The notes below the pieces were generated by a model, which saw only the letters and a program-made list of their open reading frames with translations, searched no databases and was not told where the DNA came from. Shown here in pieces: positions 31,177 through 31,275 of a DNA stretch of 31,275 bases. The DNA is taken from positions 1 through 31,275 of IMG/VR virus record IMGVR_UViG_3300030060_002742; one strand, written 5' to 3'. Numbering within the stretch: position 1 is the first letter of the stretch; each line of letters opens with the position of its first letter. Made by a program: the position numbers and the translations under genes. This DNA comes from a virus.

Positions 31177-31275
31177 ATCGGTTACTCCTTAGTGTAAAAG
31201 GTTCGACTTTCATTAAATCTACTATTAAATGTAACTAATAATATTTAACGAGACAACGATAACATAACGATAACA
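31177..31275. repeat. Terminal overlap copy 2 (identical to 1-99)
   Basis: Same as above. A length of exactly 99 nt looks like an assembler k-mer overlap, but a true direct terminal repeat cannot be excluded. Confidence 0.95.

Larger units (their letters stand above)
1..31275. mobile_element. Complete podovirus-like, probably temperate dsDNA phage genome (unique length 31,176 bp; window closes on itself)
   Basis: Exact 99-bp identity of the two window ends. Full set of terminase, portal, scaffold, capsid, tail tubular A/B, ejection proteins, fibre, lysis, replication and recombination genes. No cellular housekeeping genes. Confidence 0.8.

Overview
The window is one self-closing phage genome. 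Bases 1-99 are identical to 31177-31275, so the unique unit is 31,176 bp (circular assembly overlap or terminal redundancy). Gene content fits a small, tightly packed, probably temperate podovirus-like phage. Many genes are joined by TAATG/ATGA/GTGA/TGATG stop-start overlaps, and I used these to refine several starts. The rightward (+) unit begins with an RHH Cro/Arc-like regulator at 21112. It continues through a 74-aa ORF, a DUF1064 nuclease-like protein, a 98-aa DnaA-domain-IV-like protein, and a wHTH replication initiator with two perfect DnaA boxes inside its own coding sequence. Next come AT-rich ORFans, SSB, small and large terminase, a GNAT-like protein, a 274-aa protein, portal, a small protein and scaffold. 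An antisense excisionase-like HTH gene and a repeat-rich non-coding hub then span the window junction. The unit continues with major capsid, tail tubular A/B, four internal/ejection proteins and a 1179-aa repeat-built tail fibre with an S74 chaperone. It ends in a lysis region (tail-anchored membrane proteins, an EF-hand membrane protein, a 3-TM holin-like protein, an M15 endolysin) interleaved with five tiny lysine-rich ORFs. The leftward (-) unit runs from a small serine recombinase through a wHTH protein, two unknowns, a YqaJ-type exonuclease and RecT to a LexA-DNA-binding-domain-only protein. The most interesting candidate system is that the phage carries stand-alone copies of the DNA-binding domains of two host master regulators, DnaA domain IV and the LexA N-terminal domain. 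This sits alongside an apparent origin (tandem consensus DnaA boxes plus phased A-tracts) embedded in the initiator gene. Other points of interest are overlapping divergent switch promoters whose motifs recur at an internal site, an RBS-sequestering hairpin, and a 9-bp-phased AAACG array. There is also an 11-bp tandem array and palindrome next to the antisense xis-like gene, a strongly AT-rich mosaic block covering the ejection proteins and the fibre centre, and a cluster of protamine-like mini-proteins. No tRNA, rRNA, CRISPR array or reverse transcriptase was seen. All functional calls rest on motifs I recognise by eye and on gene order; no database search was possible.
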